Under the pieces are notes generated by a model, which did no database searches, had not been told where the DNA came from, and saw nothing but the letters and a program-made list of their open reading frames with translations. A stretch of 34,551 bases of DNA from Verrucomicrobiota bacterium (GTDB taxonomy: Bacteria > Verrucomicrobiota > Verrucomicrobiia > Opitutales > Opitutaceae), in assembly GCA_031392885.1 (NCBI GenBank), contig JANMVS010000396.1, positions 1-34,551 of the forward strand, in the 5' to 3' direction. A program made the position numbers and the translations under genes. This document shows, in pieces, positions 33,587-34,551 of the stretch (position 1 is the first letter of the stretch; the number at the start of each line of letters is the position of its first letter).

Positions 33587-34551
33587 GTGTCCCGTCTGAA
33601 CTTCACCCTCGAAAAAACCGCCAGTGGCTCCAAGGCCCGGGCGGCGAAATTCCAAACGCTGCACGGTGAAGTCCAAACCCCGGTTTTCATGCCCGTCGGG
33701 ACCCAGGCGACGGTGAAGGCCCAGACAGTGGACACGATGAAGGCCACCGGGGCGAGCATCCTGCTGGCCAATACCTATCACCTGCTGCTGCGCCCGGGCC
33801 CGGAGGTTTTCAAGAAATTCGGGGGGATCCACCGCTTCATGAACTGGGACGGCCCCGTGCTGACCGATTCGGGTGGGTTTCAGATTTTTTCCCTGCCGAC
33901 GGAGCGGGCGATGAACGAGGAAGGGGCGCGTTTCCAGAGCTATGTGAACGGCGACCTCCACATGCTCTCGCCGGAATCCAGCATCGCGATGCAGAAGACC
34001 ATCGGCAGCGACATCATGATGGTGCTCGACCAATGCATTCCGTCCACGGCGCCCTATGCGCAGGCCGCGGCGGCCATGGAACTCACGCACCGCTGGGCCC
34101 AACGCTCCCTGCTGGCCCGGGGTGACTCGCCGGCGGCGCTCTTCGGCATTGTGCAGGGGGCGTGTCACCACGATCTCCGGAAAAAGAGCGCGGCCTTTCT
34201 GCGCGAACTGCCCTTCGACGGCCTGGCCATCGGCGGCCTCGCCGTGGGCGAGACGCATGCGGAGCGTTATGAGTTTACCAGCTTCGTGACCGATGAACTG
34301 CCGGCCAACCTGCCGCGCTACCTCATGGGCGTCGGCACGCCGATCGACATGCTCGAAGCCGTGCACCGCGGCGTGGACATGTTCGACTGCATCATCCCCG
34401 GCCAGTTGGCGCAACGCGGGGTGGCCTTCACCGCCCGCGGCAAGGTCCAGCTCCGCCGCATCGCCCACAAGCTCTCGGAGGCTCCGCTTGAAGCGGGCTG
34501 CGCATGCACCACCTGTGGAAACTACTCCCGCGCCTACCTGCATCACCTCGT
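33587..34551 (+). CDS. tgt: Queuine tRNA-ribosyltransferase (tRNA-guanine transglycosylase), 3' end beyond the window
   Basis: Translated by hand from GTG 33587 (absent from the ORF track because it has no stop): TPVFMPVGT, LANTYHL, LTDSGGFQIFSL, VLDQC, FGIVQG, IGGLAVGE, RYLMGVG, DMFDC, Zn motif CACTTC...SRAYLHHL. Confidence 0.95.
   Translation, partial: MSRLNFTLEKTASGSKARAAKFQTLHGEVQTPVFMPVGTQATVKAQTVDTMKATGASILLANTYHLLLRPGPEVFKKFGGIHRFMNWDGPVLTDSGGFQIFSLPTERAMNEEGARFQSYVNGDLHMLSPESSIAMQKTIGSDIMMVLDQCIPSTAPYAQAAAAMELTHRWAQRSLLARGDSPAALFGIVQGACHHDLRKKSAAFLRELPFDGLAIGGLAVGETHAERYEFTSFVTDELPANLPRYLMGVGTPIDMLEAVHRGVDMFDCIIPGQLAQRGVAFTARGKVQLRRIAHKLSEAPLEAGCACTTCGNYSRAYLHHL

Noticed and set aside
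33521-34546. 341-aa minus-strand ORF
   Set aside because: Antisense shadow of tgt, whose motifs are all on the + strand.

Overview
High-GC bacterial DNA, probably Verrucomicrobiota (Opitutaceae-like); this is inferred from the style of the TonB-dependent receptor and PFOR, not proven. Left end (1-7.8 kb): a tyrosine-recombinase C-terminal remnant, a divergent pair of RNA methyltransferase genes (TrmH/SpoU and RlmD/TrmA) and a long-form pyruvate:ferredoxin oxidoreductase. Centre (7.85-31.8 kb, all + strand): a roughly 24 kb polysaccharide-utilisation locus that looks dedicated to beta-1,2-glucan. It holds a LacI repressor with candidate operators, two different GH144 enzymes, an ABC sugar transporter, a TonB-dependent receptor without SusD, a GH94 1,2-beta-oligoglucan phosphorylase, a double FG-GAP/ASPIC-UnbV protein and a GH3 beta-glucosidase. 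Right end: an internally deleted Schlafen/AlbA_2 gene between a decayed copy of the tgt 5' end and an intact tgt that runs off the window and is missing from the ORF track. The window is dense in small palindromic REP/REPIN-like elements of several families. At least five sit in frame inside proteins, and one appears to supply the start codons of both divergent methyltransferase genes. Two copies of a CTAG-flanked MITE bracket three PUL genes. All identity counts are manual alignments; no database searches were run.
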